Positions 29,837 to 44,399 are shown, counted from the first letter of the stretch. The stretch is 64,000 bases of DNA from Eledone cirrhosa (GCA_964016885.1 OZ024741.1:16926001-16990000); one strand, 5' to 3'. The notes: a model not told the origin generated them from the letters alone. Numbers and translations are program-made.

Positions 29837-30148
29837 TAAATACACACACACATATATATACCTAAATATATAATTATAAATATAAACATATATATATCTT
29901 TATGTATATATATATACACACACATATATATATATACACACATATTTATATACACACACATATATATGTGTGTAATATATATATATATGTGTGTGTGTGT
30001 GTAATATATATATATATATAAATATAAGTATATATATATATAAGTATATATATATATATGTATTCATATATATATATATAAAGTTTGATATAGAAATGTC
30101 TTCTACAGAACTGTATGAATGTATGTGTGGTCAGTCTTGCGTGCTACA

Positions 30149-30272
30149 GGTACAACCTGTCGCATGGTCGGGGGTCGGCGACTAAACCGGCAACCCTAAC
30201 AAGTTTACTTGGTGAGGAGGGTGACTTTGGACACCCTGCAGAACAAAAACAAAACCTGACAAAGGGTGGAAG
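30149..30272 (+). mobile_element. Fragment of the interspersed repeat found in tandem at 62.3-63.7 kb
   Basis: GTACAACCTG..CATGGTCGGG..GACTAAACCGGCAACCC..TTACTTGGTGAGGAGGG..GGACACCCTGC is shared with 62354-62477; its 5' part is also at 63252-63307. Confidence 0.75.
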
Positions 30273-30496
30273 TGTGTAAATATGTATATACACATGTACA
30301 TATGTATGGTGATGGTTGTGGTGGTGGCGTTGGTGGTTGTGGTGGTGGTGATGTATGTATATATATACCACCACCACCACCACCACCACCACCACCACCA
30401 CCACCACCACCACCCACTGAACCAGATACAGCCTACAATAACATATCCTGTGTAAACATGCCCCCTCCCAACAGTTTCTGGTATCGGGACAAACAA

Positions 30497-32255
30497 CACA
30501 CACACTCATATACACACATACACTCATATACACACATACACACCCATATACACACATACACACCCATATACACACATACACACCCATATACACACATACA
30601 CACTCATATACACACATACACACCCATATACACACATACACACTCATATACACACATACACACCCATATACATACATACACACTCATATACACACATACA
30701 CACCCATATACACACATACACACTCATATACACACATACACACTCATATACACACATACACACCCATATACACACATACACACTCATATACACACATACA
30801 CACTCATATACACACATACACACTCATATACACACATACACACCCATATACACACATACACACTCATATACACACATACACACTCATATACACACATACA
30901 CACCCATATACACACATACACACTCATATACACACATACACACTCATATACACACATACACACCCATATACACACATACACACTCATATACACACATACA
31001 CACCCATATACATACATACACACTCATATACACACATACACACCCATATACACACATACACACTCATATACACACATTCACACTCATATACACACATACA
31101 CACCCATATACACATATACACACTCATATACACACATACACACTCATATACACACATACACACTCATATACACACATACACACTCATATACACACATACA
31201 CACCCATATACACATACACACTCATATACACACATACACACTCATATACACACATACACTCATATACACACATACACACCCATATACACACATACACACC
31301 CATATACATGCATACACACACATACACACCCATATACACACATACACACCCATATACACACATACACACCCATATACACACATACACACTCATATACACA
31401 CATACACACTCATATACACACATACACACTCATATACACACATACACACCCATATACACACATACACACCCATATATACACATACACACCCATATACACA
31501 CATACACACCCATATACACACATACACACCCATATACACACATACACACCCATATACACACATACACACTCATATACACATACACACTCATATACACACA
31601 TACACACCCATATATATACATAGACACCCATATACACACATACACACTCATATACACACATACACACTCATATACACACATACACACCCATATACACACA
31701 TACACACTCATATACACACATACACACCCATATACATACATAGACACCCATATACACACATACACACTCATATACACACATACACACTCATATACACACA
31801 TACACACTCATATACACACATACACACTCACATACACACATACACACACATATACACACATACACACTCATATACACACATACACACTCATATACACACA
31901 TACACACTCATATACACACATACACACTCATATACACACATACACACCCATATACACACATACACACTCATATACACACATACACTCATATACACACATA
32001 CATACCCATATACACACATACACACCCATATACACACATACACACTCATATACACACATACACACTCATATACACACATACACACCCATATACACACATA
32101 CACACCCATATACACACATACACACTCATATACACACATACACACTCATATACACACATACACACTCATATACACACATACACACCCATATACACACATA
32201 CACACTCATATACACACATACACACTCATATACACACATACACACTCATACATAT
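30497..32255. repeat. 20-bp CA/TA-derived minisatellite (CACACATACACACYCATATA)
   Basis: Visible tandem period; source of the HT/YI-rich spurious ORFs. Confidence 0.95.
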
Positions 32256-32456
32256 ACACACATACATATATACATATATACATATGTACATATATATTCA
32301 CTCATATAGTGTATATATTTATATGCACGCCCACCATCACATGTATACATAAGAGTCGGAATTTGGTGTGCACGTGTGCATGTATACATATATACATACA
32401 TATACATCTACATATATATATGTATATATATGTATAAATGTATATATATATGTATA

Positions 32457-32552
<96 letters not shown>

Positions 32553-32566
32553 TACCTGTAACTAAA

Positions 32567-32603
<37 letters not shown>

Positions 32604-32649
32604 CTACCTATATGAATGGACACATATATACAGATATGTATGTATATGC

Positions 32650-32717
<68 letters not shown>

Positions 32718-32729
32718 ATTCATATATAT

Positions 32730-34003
32730 GTATATATACATGTATGTATATATATACATGTATGTATATATATACATGTATGTATATATACATGTATGTA
32801 TGTGTACATGTATGTATATATACATGTATGTATGTGTACATGTATGTATATATACATGTATGTATGTGTACATGTATGTATATATACATGTATGTATCTG
32901 TACATGTATGTATATATACATGTATATATGTGTACATGTATGTATATATACATGTATGTATATATACATGTATGTATGTGTACATGTATGTATATATACA
33001 TGTATGTATGTGTACATACATGTATATATACATGTATGTATCTGTACATGTATGTATATATACATGTATGTATATATACATGTATGTATATATATACATG
33101 TATGTATATATGTATGTATGTGTACATGTATGTATGTGTACATGTATGTATGTGTACATGTATGTATGTGTACATGTATGTATGTGTACATGTATGTATG
33201 TGTACATGTATGTATATATACATGTATGTATATATATATGTATGTATGTGTACATGTATGTATGTGTACATGTATGTATATATACATGTATGTATATATA
33301 TACATGTATGTATATATGTATGTATGTGTACATGTATGTATGTGTACATGTATGTATATATACATGTATGTATATATATATGTATGTATGTGTACATGTA
33401 TGTATGTGTACATGTATGTATGTGTACATGTATGTATATATATATGTATGTATGTGTACATGTATGTATGTGTACATGTATGTATATATATATGTATGTA
33501 TGTGTACATGTATGTATGTGTACATGTATGTATATATACATGTATGTATGTGTACATGTATGTATATATATATGTATGTATGTGTACATGTATGTATGTG
33601 TACATGTATGTATATATACATGTATGTATGTGTACATGTATGTATATATACATGTATGTATGTGTACATGTATGTATGTGTACATGTATGTATGTGTACA
33701 TGTATGTATGTGTACATGTATGTATGTGTACATGTATGTATATATACATGTATGTATGTGTACATGTATGTATGTGTACATGTATGTATATATACATGTA
33801 TGTATGTGTACATGTATGTATGTGTACATGTATGTATGTGTACATGTATGTATGTGTACATGTATGTATGTGTACATGTATGTATGTGTACATGTATGTA
33901 TATATACATGTATGTATGTGTACATGTATGTATGTGTACATGTATGTATGTGTACATGTATGTATGTGTACATGTATGTATATATACATGTATGTATGTG
34001 TAC
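32730..34003. repeat. 14-bp minisatellite (TGTACATGTATGTA / TATACATGTATGTA)
   Basis: Visible tandem period. Confidence 0.95.
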
Positions 34004-34098
34004 ACAGCAGGTATGAAGGCGTGACATTTCATCTGATATCTTTAATCTACAAAAGAGGATAAAAACAAAAAATATGTTAACAGCTCCTCCCGTGGAGA

Positions 34099-36205
34099 CT
34101 ACCCCACCTTATATAACCTACCCTATATCTACCCCACCTTATATAACCTACCCTATATCTACCCCACCTTATATAACCTACCCTATATCTACCCCACCTT
34201 ATATAACCTACCCCATATCTACCCCACCTTATATAACCCACCTTGTATCTACCCTATATTATATAACCCACCCTATATCTACCCCACCTTATATAACCCA
34301 CCCTATATCTACCTCACCTTATATAACCTACCCTATGTCTACCCCAACTTATATAACCCACCCTATATCTACCACCCTTATATAACCTACCCTATATCTA
34401 CCCCACCTTATATAACCCACACTATATCTACCCCACCTTATATAACCCAGCCTATATCTACTCCACTTTATATAACCCACCCTATATCTACCCCACCTTA
34501 TATAACCCAGCCTATATCTACCCCAACTTATATAACCCACCTTGTATCTACCCCACCTTATATAACCCACCCTATATCTACCCCTCCTTATATAACCGAC
34601 CCTATATCTACCCCACCTTATATAACCCACTCTATATCTACCCCACCTTATATAACCCAGCCTATATCTACCCCACATTATATAACCCACCCTATATCTA
34701 CCCCACATTATATAACCCACCCCAATTCTACCCCACCTTATATAACCCACACTATATCTACCCCACCTTATATAACCCAGCCTATATCTACCCCACTTTA
34801 TATAACCCACCCTATAACTACCCCACCTTATATAACCCACCCTATATCTACCCCACCTTATATAACCCACCCTATATCTAGTCCACATTACATAACCTAC
34901 CCTATATCTATGCCACCTTATATAACCCTTATATAACCTACCCTATATTACCCCATAGTATATAACCTACCCCTATATCTACCACCCTTATATAACCCAC
35001 CCTATATCTACCCCACCTTACATAACCTTCCCTATATCTAGTCCACCTTACATAACCTACCCTATATCTATGCCACCTTATATAACCCTTATATAACCTA
35101 CCCTATATTACCCCATAGTATATAACCTACCCCTATATCTACCACCCTTATATAACCCACCCGTTTATCTACCCCACCTTACATAACCTTCCCTATATCT
35201 ATGCCACCTTATATAAGCCATCCTATATCTACCCCACCTTATATAACCTACCCTAATTCTACCCCACCTTATATAACCTACCCTATATATACCCCACATT
35301 ATATAACCTACCCTATATCTACCCCACATTATATAACCCACCCTATATCTAGCCTACAGTATATAACCAACCGTATTTCTTCCCCACCTTATATAATTCA
35401 CCCTATATAACCCATCCTATATCTACCCTGCCTTATATAACCCACACCTATATATCTACCACCCTTATATAACCCACCCTATATCTATCACAATTATATA
35501 ACCGACCCTATATCTACCTCACCCTTATATAACCCACCTTATATAACCTACCCTATATCTACCCCACCTTATATAACCCACCCTATATCTACCCAACCCT
35601 ATATAACCTACCCTATATCTACCCCACCTTATATAACCCACCCTATATCTACCCCACCATATATAACCTACCCCTATATCTACCACCCTTATATAACCTA
35701 CCCTATATCTACCCCACCTAATATAACCCACCCTATATCTATCCCACTATGTATAACGTACACTATATCTACCCCTCCTCATATAACCCACCCTATATCT
35801 ACACCACCTTCTATAACCTACCCTATATCTACCCAACCTTATATAACCCACCTTATATCTACCCCATCTTATATAACCTACCCTATATCTACCCCTCCTC
35901 ATATTACCCACCCTATACTACTCCACCTTATATAGCCTACCCTATATCTATCCAAACTTATATAACCCACCCTATATCTACCCCACCATATATAACCTAC
36001 CCTATATCTACCCCACCTTTATATAACCCACCCTATATCTACCCCACCTTATATAACCCACCCTATATCTACCCCACCATATATAACCTACCCTATATCT
36101 ACCCCACCTTATATAACCCACACTATATCTACCCCACCTTATATAACCTACCCTATATCAACCCCAATTATATAACCTACCCGTATATATCTGCCATACA
36201 CCCCT
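34099..36205. repeat. 30-bp minisatellite (ACCCCACCTTATATAACCYACCCTATATCT), itself a diverged 15+15 dimer
   Basis: Visible tandem period; halves ACCCCACCTTATATA and ACCCACCCTATATCT align. Confidence 0.95.
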
Positions 36206-36368
36206 TATATACTCTAACTTTGTATACATATATATATATATAATATAAATCGGTATATATACATGTACACACATACATGCATACACACACACACACACAC
36301 ACACACATATATGTATATATATACATACATACACATACATATATACACACATATAAACGCACGCACAT

Positions 36369-36427
<59 letters not shown>

Positions 36428-36430
<3 letters not shown>

Positions 36431-36577
36431 GTAGAACACTGGAAGGTAATATCCGTAGTGGTAGAGCACTCAGTCCATGGGACGAGTTAGGTAGAAGTGG
36501 TTACACAACAGTTGGTTCACCATACTGAGAACAATTGTTTCACCTTCGCGGATCTTCAGCTCGTAATCGATTACGAA
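36428..36577 (-). mobile_element. (TA)n-inserted hammerhead-bearing element, family F
   Basis: Flanked by (TA)n; second copy at 50190-50348; contains a hammerhead on the minus strand. Confidence 0.8.
36523..36565 (-). ncRNA. Minimal type I hammerhead ribozyme (family F)
   Basis: Minus strand: UACGAG-CUGAAGA-U CC GCGAA GG U-GAAA-CAAUUG-UU-CUC(A)GUA; palindromic stem III, GUU site. Confidence 0.75.
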
Positions 36578-36580
36578 TAT

Positions 36581-36622
<42 letters not shown>

Positions 36623-36623
<1 letters not shown>

Positions 36624-36865
36624 GGAGACTCCAACCGTGAAGGTTGCATTTTTCAGGGTATGTCAATATTTATTTATAAAACTAATCTATATTATATTTT
36701 ATCTGATGAAAGCGCACCATAATCTGCCTTGGTGGCCCTTGTAATATGTATAATGAAATAAAAATGGTTTTATAAATATAGTTTACATTTGTTAATATAT
36801 CGTATATTTACTCCAATTAATTTGTTGAGTGCTTTATATCAGTTATAAAAATATTTTGCTTGTAT
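36623..36865 (+). mobile_element. (TA)n-inserted element, family A; hammerhead at 36695-36760 with GAAA mutated to GTAA
   Basis: Homologous to 38662-38829, 40667-41066, 49371-49611 and 57149-57420. Confidence 0.85.
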
Positions 36866-36873
36866 CTCTCTAC

Positions 36874-36944
<71 letters not shown>

Positions 36945-36985
36945 CATAAATACGTAGATATATATTGGGATGGAGACATGCGGTA

Positions 36986-37087
<102 letters not shown>

Positions 37088-37097
37088 GTATATATAA

Positions 37098-37190
37098 AGT
37101 TTCCGTTGAAAATTGAAAAAGTCAGAGGAAGGAAGAGTGCTCTATGTAATTTACAGAGCTAAATATTTAATGTATAATAAACAATACAGT
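37098..37190 (-). mobile_element. Family E fragment in (TA)n
   Basis: AAGAGTGCTCTATGTA..TTACAGAGCT..TAATAAACAA is shared with 39411-39459. Confidence 0.6.
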
Positions 37191-37278
37191 ATATATATAT
37201 ATATATATAACAACTCATTTCTCGTTGCATAATCTCTTTAGAATAGTTATTCGTTCGTCAATATATATATATATATAT

Positions 37279-37357
<79 letters not shown>

Positions 37358-37576
37358 GGAACGAGTAGGACCCCGACGGCTGAGCTCAAGCCGTTTCGAC
37401 GGCTAATTCTGGACTACAGAATTAGCCGTCGAAATTAGCCGTCCAGAATTAGCCGTCGAAACGGCTTGAGCTCAGCCGTCGGGGTCCTACTTGTTCCTAT
37501 TTCCCACTCTACTACCCTAAGTATTGAGTACTTTGGTGCGTTATGGTCCACCTGGTTCTTTACCACATTTCCTTCG

Positions 37577-37578
<2 letters not shown>
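37358..37578. mobile_element. (TA)n-inserted fold-back element, family B (only the 3' half of a hammerhead retained)
   Basis: Inverted arms ~37358-37417 and 37441-37499; homologs at 52553-52693 and 57469-57650. Confidence 0.8.
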
Positions 37579-37613
<35 letters not shown>

Positions 37614-37905
37614 CACCCATATGCATATACACATATATACACAGGTATAAGCATATATATGTATATAAGAACGGAACACACATACGCATACACAGACACA
37701 CACACATTCACACACACTCAGACACACACACATATATATGCACAGACACACACACAAACACACATATATTTATATATATATACACAAACATACACAGACA
37801 CACACACACATACAGGCATACACAGACACACACACACATATATATATATACTTATGTATATATACACAAACATACACACACACATACATATATATATACA
37901 TATAT

Positions 37906-37950
<45 letters not shown>

Positions 37951-37955
37951 CACAA

Positions 37956-38011
<56 letters not shown>

Positions 38012-38055
38012 CAAGGGAGAAAGGTCCGCGCATTCAGTGCATGCGCTATAGAATC

Positions 38056-38110
38056 TTGAGTTGATCAAGCAGAATTTTATCTGCTTACTAAATCGTAGAC
38101 ACATAAAAAG

Positions 38111-38161
<51 letters not shown>

Positions 38162-38232
38162 CAGCTTTGGGGCAAGCAGAATTTTGACTGCTTACTAAAT
38201 CGTAGACACATAAAAAGATAACACACACACAC
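38056..38232. repeat. Local ~50-bp direct duplication, each copy followed by (CA)n
   Basis: CAAGCAGAATTTT..CTGCTTACTAAATCGTAGACACATAAAAAGATAACAC at ~38066 and ~38174. Confidence 0.8.
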
Positions 38233-38514
38233 ACTAGATAACACTACATGCGGCTTTGACCGGGAGGGTGATTTAGAGGGAATGGGGGGGGGGGGGGGGG
38301 TAAGGCTGCACAACCCCACTTTCCGCCTTGGTGATTGGACTGCATGCCCTGCTTTCCAGGTTATCCATCGCCACTGATATATATATAAATATAGATTTAC
38401 ATATACATAAACTAGACAGAGCCATAGATATATATATGTGTTTTGGGCATCAATTCCCGGTGTGGCTCAATGACGAATTAATTAATTAAATAATCAACAA
38501 TCAGAGCAATATAC

Positions 38515-38575
38515 AAGAAAGTACGTCCATAGAATCATTTGATATATTTTATCAAATGATTCTATGGACTTACTT

Positions 38576-38579
<4 letters not shown>
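38515..38579. repeat. ~30-bp inverted repeat (hairpin) next to (CT)n(TA)n
   Basis: AAGAAAGTACGTCCATAGAATCATTTGATA-short loop-TATCAAATGATTCTATGGACTTACTTTCTT, one mismatch. Confidence 0.85.
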
Positions 38580-38666
<87 letters not shown>

Positions 38667-38685
38667 ATATTAATATAACCATATT

Positions 38686-38756
38686 TATTTTATTATACTA
38701 TACATATTTCAAGGGCCACCAAGGCAAATTATGGTGCGCTTTCATCAGATAAAATA
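38686..38756 (-). ncRNA. Type I hammerhead ribozyme (family A copy 38662-38829)
   Basis: Minus: UAUUUUAU-CUGAUGA-AAGCGCACCA...UGGUGGCCCUU-GAAA-UAU..GUA-UA-AUAAAAUA; 5-bp duplication in the stem III region. Confidence 0.75.
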
Positions 38757-38826
38757 CAGATTTGTTTTATAAATAAATATTGACATACCCGGAAAAAAAG
38801 GACAACCTTAACGGTTGGAGCTTCCT

Positions 38827-38885
<59 letters not shown>

Positions 38886-38897
<12 letters not shown>

Positions 38898-39108
38898 GGA
38901 GGTGAGTTTTATTGTAGTTCAATAAAGCGATGCAGATATCGGATAATATGTTGATTTAAAACTGCACTATCCACAAGTGTTTTTAACCTTCATATCATGT
39001 CTTCCTATTTTATCTGATGAAAACACAAATGTTATTGCATGATGATATTTGTTTTTGAAATGCGCATAATAAAATACATGGAACTCATTTAACCATCTTT
39101 TGATCTTA
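38886..39108 (+). mobile_element. (TA)n-inserted hammerhead element, family G
   Basis: Unique island between TA tracts containing a complete hammerhead. Confidence 0.75.
39006..39076 (+). ncRNA. Type I hammerhead ribozyme (family G)
   Basis: UAUUUUAU-CUGAUGA(39014-20)-long stem II-GAAA(39057-60)-UGCGCA-UA-AUAAAAUA; perfect 8-bp stem I, palindromic stem III, AUA site. Confidence 0.9.
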
Positions 39109-39135
39109 TATATATACATATATATATATACTCAA

Positions 39136-39167
<32 letters not shown>

Positions 39168-39199
39168 GTACATATATATATACACAAACATACACACAC

Positions 39200-39240
<41 letters not shown>

Positions 39241-39241
39241 T

Positions 39242-39292
<51 letters not shown>

Positions 39293-39297
39293 AACAT

Positions 39298-39376
<79 letters not shown>

Positions 39377-39472
39377 AATGAAGTAATTCCGCCTGAAAGG
39401 TCCAGCAAAAAAGAGTGCTCTATGTAGGTTACAGAGCTTATTAGTTATGTAATAAACAACATAAGATAATTA

Positions 39473-39532
39473 TTTCATTTACCAGTGGTTTCTTGAAAGC
39501 AAACAAATTTGCTTTCAGTCATCAGAATGAAA
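39473..39532 (-). ncRNA. Type I hammerhead ribozyme (family E element ~39376-39580)
   Basis: Minus: UUUCAUU-CUGAUGA-C UGAAAGCAAA uuug UUUGCUUUCA A-GAAA-CCACUGG-UA-AAUGAAA; 7-bp stem I, 10-bp stem II, GUA site. Confidence 0.88.
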
Positions 39533-39650
39533 AAATCCTGGTGTTTTTATTGACAGTGGATTTTAAAAACAAAATTATAATATATATGAAAGTGAGGCTG
39601 GAGGAAGAAGGAAGGAAAAAGAAAAAATATAAAAGTAGATAAACACACAT

Positions 39651-39689
<39 letters not shown>

Positions 39690-39722
39690 TACACACACAC
39701 ACACACATATATATACACATAT

Positions 39723-39769
<47 letters not shown>

Positions 39770-39881
39770 TACACACACACACACACATATATATACACAT
39801 ATATACACATACACACACACACATATATATATCCATACATACACATAAAATTAACAAACACATATATATATATATATACAC

Positions 39882-39912
<31 letters not shown>

Positions 39913-40049
39913 TATATACATATATATACACACAAACATACACACACACATATATATACACACACTCCCCAGAGACTGTTAACTAAACATCATATTTTAA
40001 ACTGTCTATTCTTAGTGGAACATTTACTGATCAATTTACCCCCCCCCCC

Positions 40050-40340
40050 CCTCTCTCACTCATTCTCTCTCTCTCTCTCTCTTTCTCTCTCGCTCTCTAT
40101 CTCTCATTCTCTCTTTCTCACTCATCCCCCCCTCTCTCTCATTCTCTCTCTCTCTCTTTCTTACTCATCCCCCCTCACTCACTTTCTCTCATTCTCCCTC
40201 TCTCTCTAACTCTCTCTCTTTCTAATCCCCCCTCTCTCTCTCTTTCTCACTCATCCCCCTCTCTCTCTCATTCTCTCTCTCTCTTTCTCACTCATCCCCT
40301 TCTCCCTCTCACTCACTCATTCTCCCTCTCTCTCTGACAC
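40050..40340. repeat. (CT)n-rich cryptic microsatellite / polypyrimidine tract
   Basis: Visible directly in sequence. Confidence 0.9.
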
Positions 40341-40598
40341 ACACACTTCTACCACTCTCTCTTACTTCGCCTCTCTTCTCTCTCTTTTTCCTTTATTTTC
40401 CTTGTTCATCCTATTTTTTTTCACCCTCTTCTCTCCACTCTTCCTCCTCTCCCCCTCTCTTTCTCCCTCCACCCTCCCTCTACACCCCCCTCCTATTTGT
40501 TTCTTAAAACATCGTTGTTCATTAAGTGCATTTGATTGTTTTCAGCAATTCTTTTATATATATATATATATATATACACATATAAAAGAATTGCTGAA

Positions 40599-40668
<70 letters not shown>

Positions 40669-40794
40669 TTATATTTAATTTGTTGGGATACAACAAGCAA
40701 AATATTTTTATAACTGATATAAAGCACTCAACAAATTATTGGAGTAAATATACAATATATTAACAAATGGAAACTATATTTATAAAACCATATT

Positions 40795-40860
40795 TATTTC
40801 ATTATACATATTTCAAGGGCCACCAGAGCAAACTATGGTGCGCTTTCATCAGATAAAATA
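40795..40860 (-). ncRNA. Type I hammerhead ribozyme (family A)
   Basis: Minus: UAUUUUAU-CUGAUGA-stem II-GAAA-UAUGUA-UA-AUGAAAUA. Confidence 0.85.
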
Positions 40861-40957
40861 TAATATAGGTTAGTTTTATAAATAAATAGATTCCAACCAG
40901 AATGGTTGCATTTTTTAAGGGTATGTCAATATTTATTTATAAAACCAACCTATATTA

Positions 40958-41023
40958 TATTTTATCTGATGAAAGCGCACCATAGTTTGCTCTGGTGGGC
41001 CTTGAAATATGTATAATGAAATA
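40958..41023 (+). ncRNA. Type I hammerhead ribozyme (family A)
   Basis: TATTTTAT-CTGATGA(40966-72)-AAGCGCACCA..TGGTGGGCCTT-GAAA(41004-07)-TATGTA-TA-ATGAAATA. Confidence 0.85.
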
Positions 41024-41061
41024 AATATGGTTTTATAAATATAGTTTCCATTTGTTAATAT

Positions 41062-41117
<56 letters not shown>

Positions 41118-41152
41118 CAGGGAGAGAGAGTTGGCAAGAGAGAAAGAGAGTT

Positions 41153-41219
<67 letters not shown>

Positions 41220-41662
41220 TGGCTAAATAGATATATCCCTTTCACCACATCACCCCACCACACCCCCACACCCACAACCTCAACAACAATAGCAACAAGA
41301 AATAACAAAAACAGAAAACAAAACAAGTTGTTACAATTTAAAAGTGAAAGTAGAGACTAGAAGAAAAAGTATTTGCTGTTTCAACAATTATGAGAGGGGT
41401 GGGAGGGAGGGTGAGAGTGAGAGGGAGGGTGAGGGTGAGAGGGGCTGAGATAGGGGAGAGGGAGGATAGAGTAAGGGAGGAGATAGAGAAAGAGAGAGGT
41501 GGGAGAGAGAGAGATTATATTTGAGGAAACAGATTTAGGTTGACCTAGAGGACATGACATGAGAATTTTAAATCGTATAACTTTATATTATATATATATG
41601 ATGGTATATATACATATATATATATTTATATATGTGTGTGTATATATATATATATATATATG

Positions 41663-41714
<52 letters not shown>

Positions 41715-41839
41715 TATACATATATATATATATATATACTGTATATAGATATATATAAAGTTAACACACTCATGGTTTAGTTTCATTAAAAAACAAAAAA
41801 ATTATTGTAAAACTACAAAATTTTCCAGTGTAGTTGTTT

Positions 41840-41960
<121 letters not shown>

Positions 41961-42120
41961 ATATATAGGTAGATAGATACGTGCATACAGACATACCAAC
42001 ACATACATACATATATATATATACGTACACACACATAGATATACATATACCCACATCTATATATACACATATGTATACATATATGTGTGTGACTGTGTAT
42101 ATACACACATATATATACAT

Positions 42121-42358
42121 AAAACAATAGTAATTGCAACAATAGTAACAACAACAACAGTAACAACAACAACAGTAACAACAACAACAGTAACAACAAC
42201 AGTAACAACAACAACAGTAACAACAACAGTAACAACAACAACAGTAACAACAACAACAGTAACAACAGTAACATCAACAACAGTAACAACAACAGTAACA
42301 ACAACAACAGTAACAACAACAACAGTAACAACAACAGTAACAACAACAACAGTAATAA
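42121..42358. repeat. (ACA)n interrupted by GTA, trinucleotide microsatellite
   Basis: Visible directly in sequence. Confidence 0.95.
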
Positions 42359-43111
42359 TCCTGACATCCTTTAACTTCAAAACAAACAACGTATTTAAAG
42401 CCTGTAAAACTCTCCCTCCATTCCCCACACCCTCTCTCTCCCTTCCCTCTCCTTCCTCCTCCCACTTCTCCCTTCCCTCTCTCTCTCCCTCTCCCATTCA
42501 CCCTCCCCCTCTCCCTTCTCCCCCTCCCACATTACCCCCCTCTCCTATCAGCCTCTCTTTCCCCCTCCTACTCCCTCTCTCCTATCACCCCGTCTCTCTA
42601 GTCTAACTATTTCTATGTTATCCTCTTTTAGATTTTAACTCATTTTAAAATTATTCTCATTTTTTGACATTTGTCTTTCTTTTATTCTGGGGTGTGGTGG
42701 GAGTTGGGGAGCAGCAAGTTGCAGTTTATTTGGCTTCTGTTTATTTTAAAATTCTCGTTAGAAGTTTTAAATTAATGTAAAAATGTTATAAAAATTGAAA
42801 ATATAACAATATCTGGTTATAAGATCGATTGAAAAAAACTTAAATAGTATCTAATTATTTAGTGGCTGGTGTGGCACGTTTTGCTGGCTGTTCTCCTTAG
42901 TATCTTCCGCCATCTTGTCAGTAGAGTACAACACTTGAGATATTATTACGGGACAAACTTGTGGAGTTTGCCCCTAACATCCCTTCTCCCCTTTTACACT
43001 ATTTAATATTTTTTATTCACTCCCTTTTTTCTCTTTTTCCTCTCTTCCGGTTCCGTATCATTTTAATCCTTCTACGTCATCAGGAGGAACCTGGAAGGGG
43101 ACGGTTTCCCA

Positions 43112-43261
43112 TCACAACTGGAGCCAGGATTTGACCAACCGCTTCCTTCCCGTATCGGTCACCTTCGAAACCTCTGGTATTACCCTCGCTCCTGCAACTA
43201 CCTCAGCAACATTGAAAGGTGTGTATTTCGCCTGAGGAAGTAGGGCCATGTGGTGAAGTGG
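43112..43261 (-). CDS. Candidate terminal coding exon (PLHHMALLPQAKYTPFNVAEVVAGARVIPEVSKVTDTGRKRLVKSWLQL*), product unidentified
   Basis: Complex-sequence island; minus-strand CAG acceptor at 43262-64, 150 nt to TGA, phase compatible with 45150-45253. A plus-strand exon reading (43084-43218) is also possible. Confidence 0.35.
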   Translation of the reverse strand, partial: PLHHMALLPQAKYTPFNVAEVVAGARVIPEVSKVTDTGRKRLVKSWLQL

Positions 43262-43326
43262 CTGATACAGTAGATTGACTGATGGTGATGATCGTGATGA
43301 CGGTGGGGATGATGATGACGTTGTTG

Positions 43327-43357
<31 letters not shown>

Positions 43358-43457
43358 CACCACCACCACCACCACTACTACTACTAGTACTACTATCACC
43401 ACCACCACCACCACCACCACCACCACCACCACCACTACTACTACTACTATCACCACC

Positions 43458-43528
<71 letters not shown>

Positions 43529-43570
43529 CACCACCACCACCACCACCACCACCACTACTACTACTACTAT
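43327..43570. repeat. Compound (CTA)n/(CCA)n microsatellite
   Basis: Visible directly in sequence. Confidence 0.95.
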
Positions 43571-43924
43571 ATAAGTAAGACAGAATGTTACAATGTCCCA
43601 ACGACACACAATTAACTCTACGAAATTTAACTTGAGAGAGGTTATTGTCCTGTCGGAGAGGAGACAAGAACAGCCAACCATCACACACACATATATATAT
43701 ATACAGACACACACACACACAGACACATACATACATACATACACACACACATATACACACGCATGTATACACAATCACACACACACACAATCACTCTCAC
43801 ACAATCACACACACACACAATCACTCTCACACAATCACTCACACACACAATCACTCTCACACAATCACTCACACACAATTAAAATCAGGGTTTCTATTAT
43901 TGGCAGAGTAACACAATACAAGTT

Positions 43925-44212
43925 CTAGAGACGCCATATTGACATACAGCGTTTCAAGGTCTTCTTGTTTTTAGAACCTGCTGGAGCCAATCTCCTCTCT
44001 AGATACAACAGATTTCTTCCAGAGAAAGATAGAAAGTGAAGAAGAGATATAGAGAAAGAATCGACCCCAGTACTTGACTGGTACTTTTTTATTGATCTTG
44101 AATGGATGAAAGGCAAAGTTGACCTCGGTGGGAGTTGAACTCTGTGAGTTGAGGGTCGAAATACTATAAAGTATCCCAACCACATTCTAACGACTCTGCC
44201 AATTCGCCGCCT
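43925..44212 (-). mobile_element. tRNA-derived SINE (MetaSINE-like core) with extended tail
   Basis: Minus strand has a B-box-like GAGTTCAACTCCC, then GGTCAACTTTGCCTTTCATCC..AAAAAGTACCAGT..GTACTGGGGTCGAT; tail shared with 58926-59165. Confidence 0.8.
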
Positions 44213-44219
44213 ATTATAT

Positions 44220-44399
44220 AATTGTTTCTACTTTCGACACAAGGCCAGCAATTACCCAGTATATTACTGGTACTTTATTTTATCGACCCCGTAAGGATGA
44301 AAGGCAAAGTTAACCTCGGCGGGAATTGAACTCAGACTGTAAAGGGACGTAACTATGCTAGAAAGCATGGCGGCCGACCCTCTACCGATACTGCCAATA
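44220..44399 (-). mobile_element. tRNA-derived SINE (MetaSINE-like core)
   Basis: Near-colinear reverse complement of 61108-61298. Confidence 0.85.

Larger units (their letters stand above)
40667..41066. mobile_element. Fold-back (head-to-head) family A element between (TA)n tracts, with two hammerheads
   Basis: Left arm is minus-strand and right arm plus-strand; ~40752-40888 is the reverse complement of ~40930-41066. Confidence 0.9.

Noticed and set aside
30266-34062. Long ORFs (333-723 aa) rich in H/T/Y/I or M/Y/V/C
   Set aside because: Translations of 20-bp and 14-bp minisatellites, open in many frames on both strands; no coding signal.
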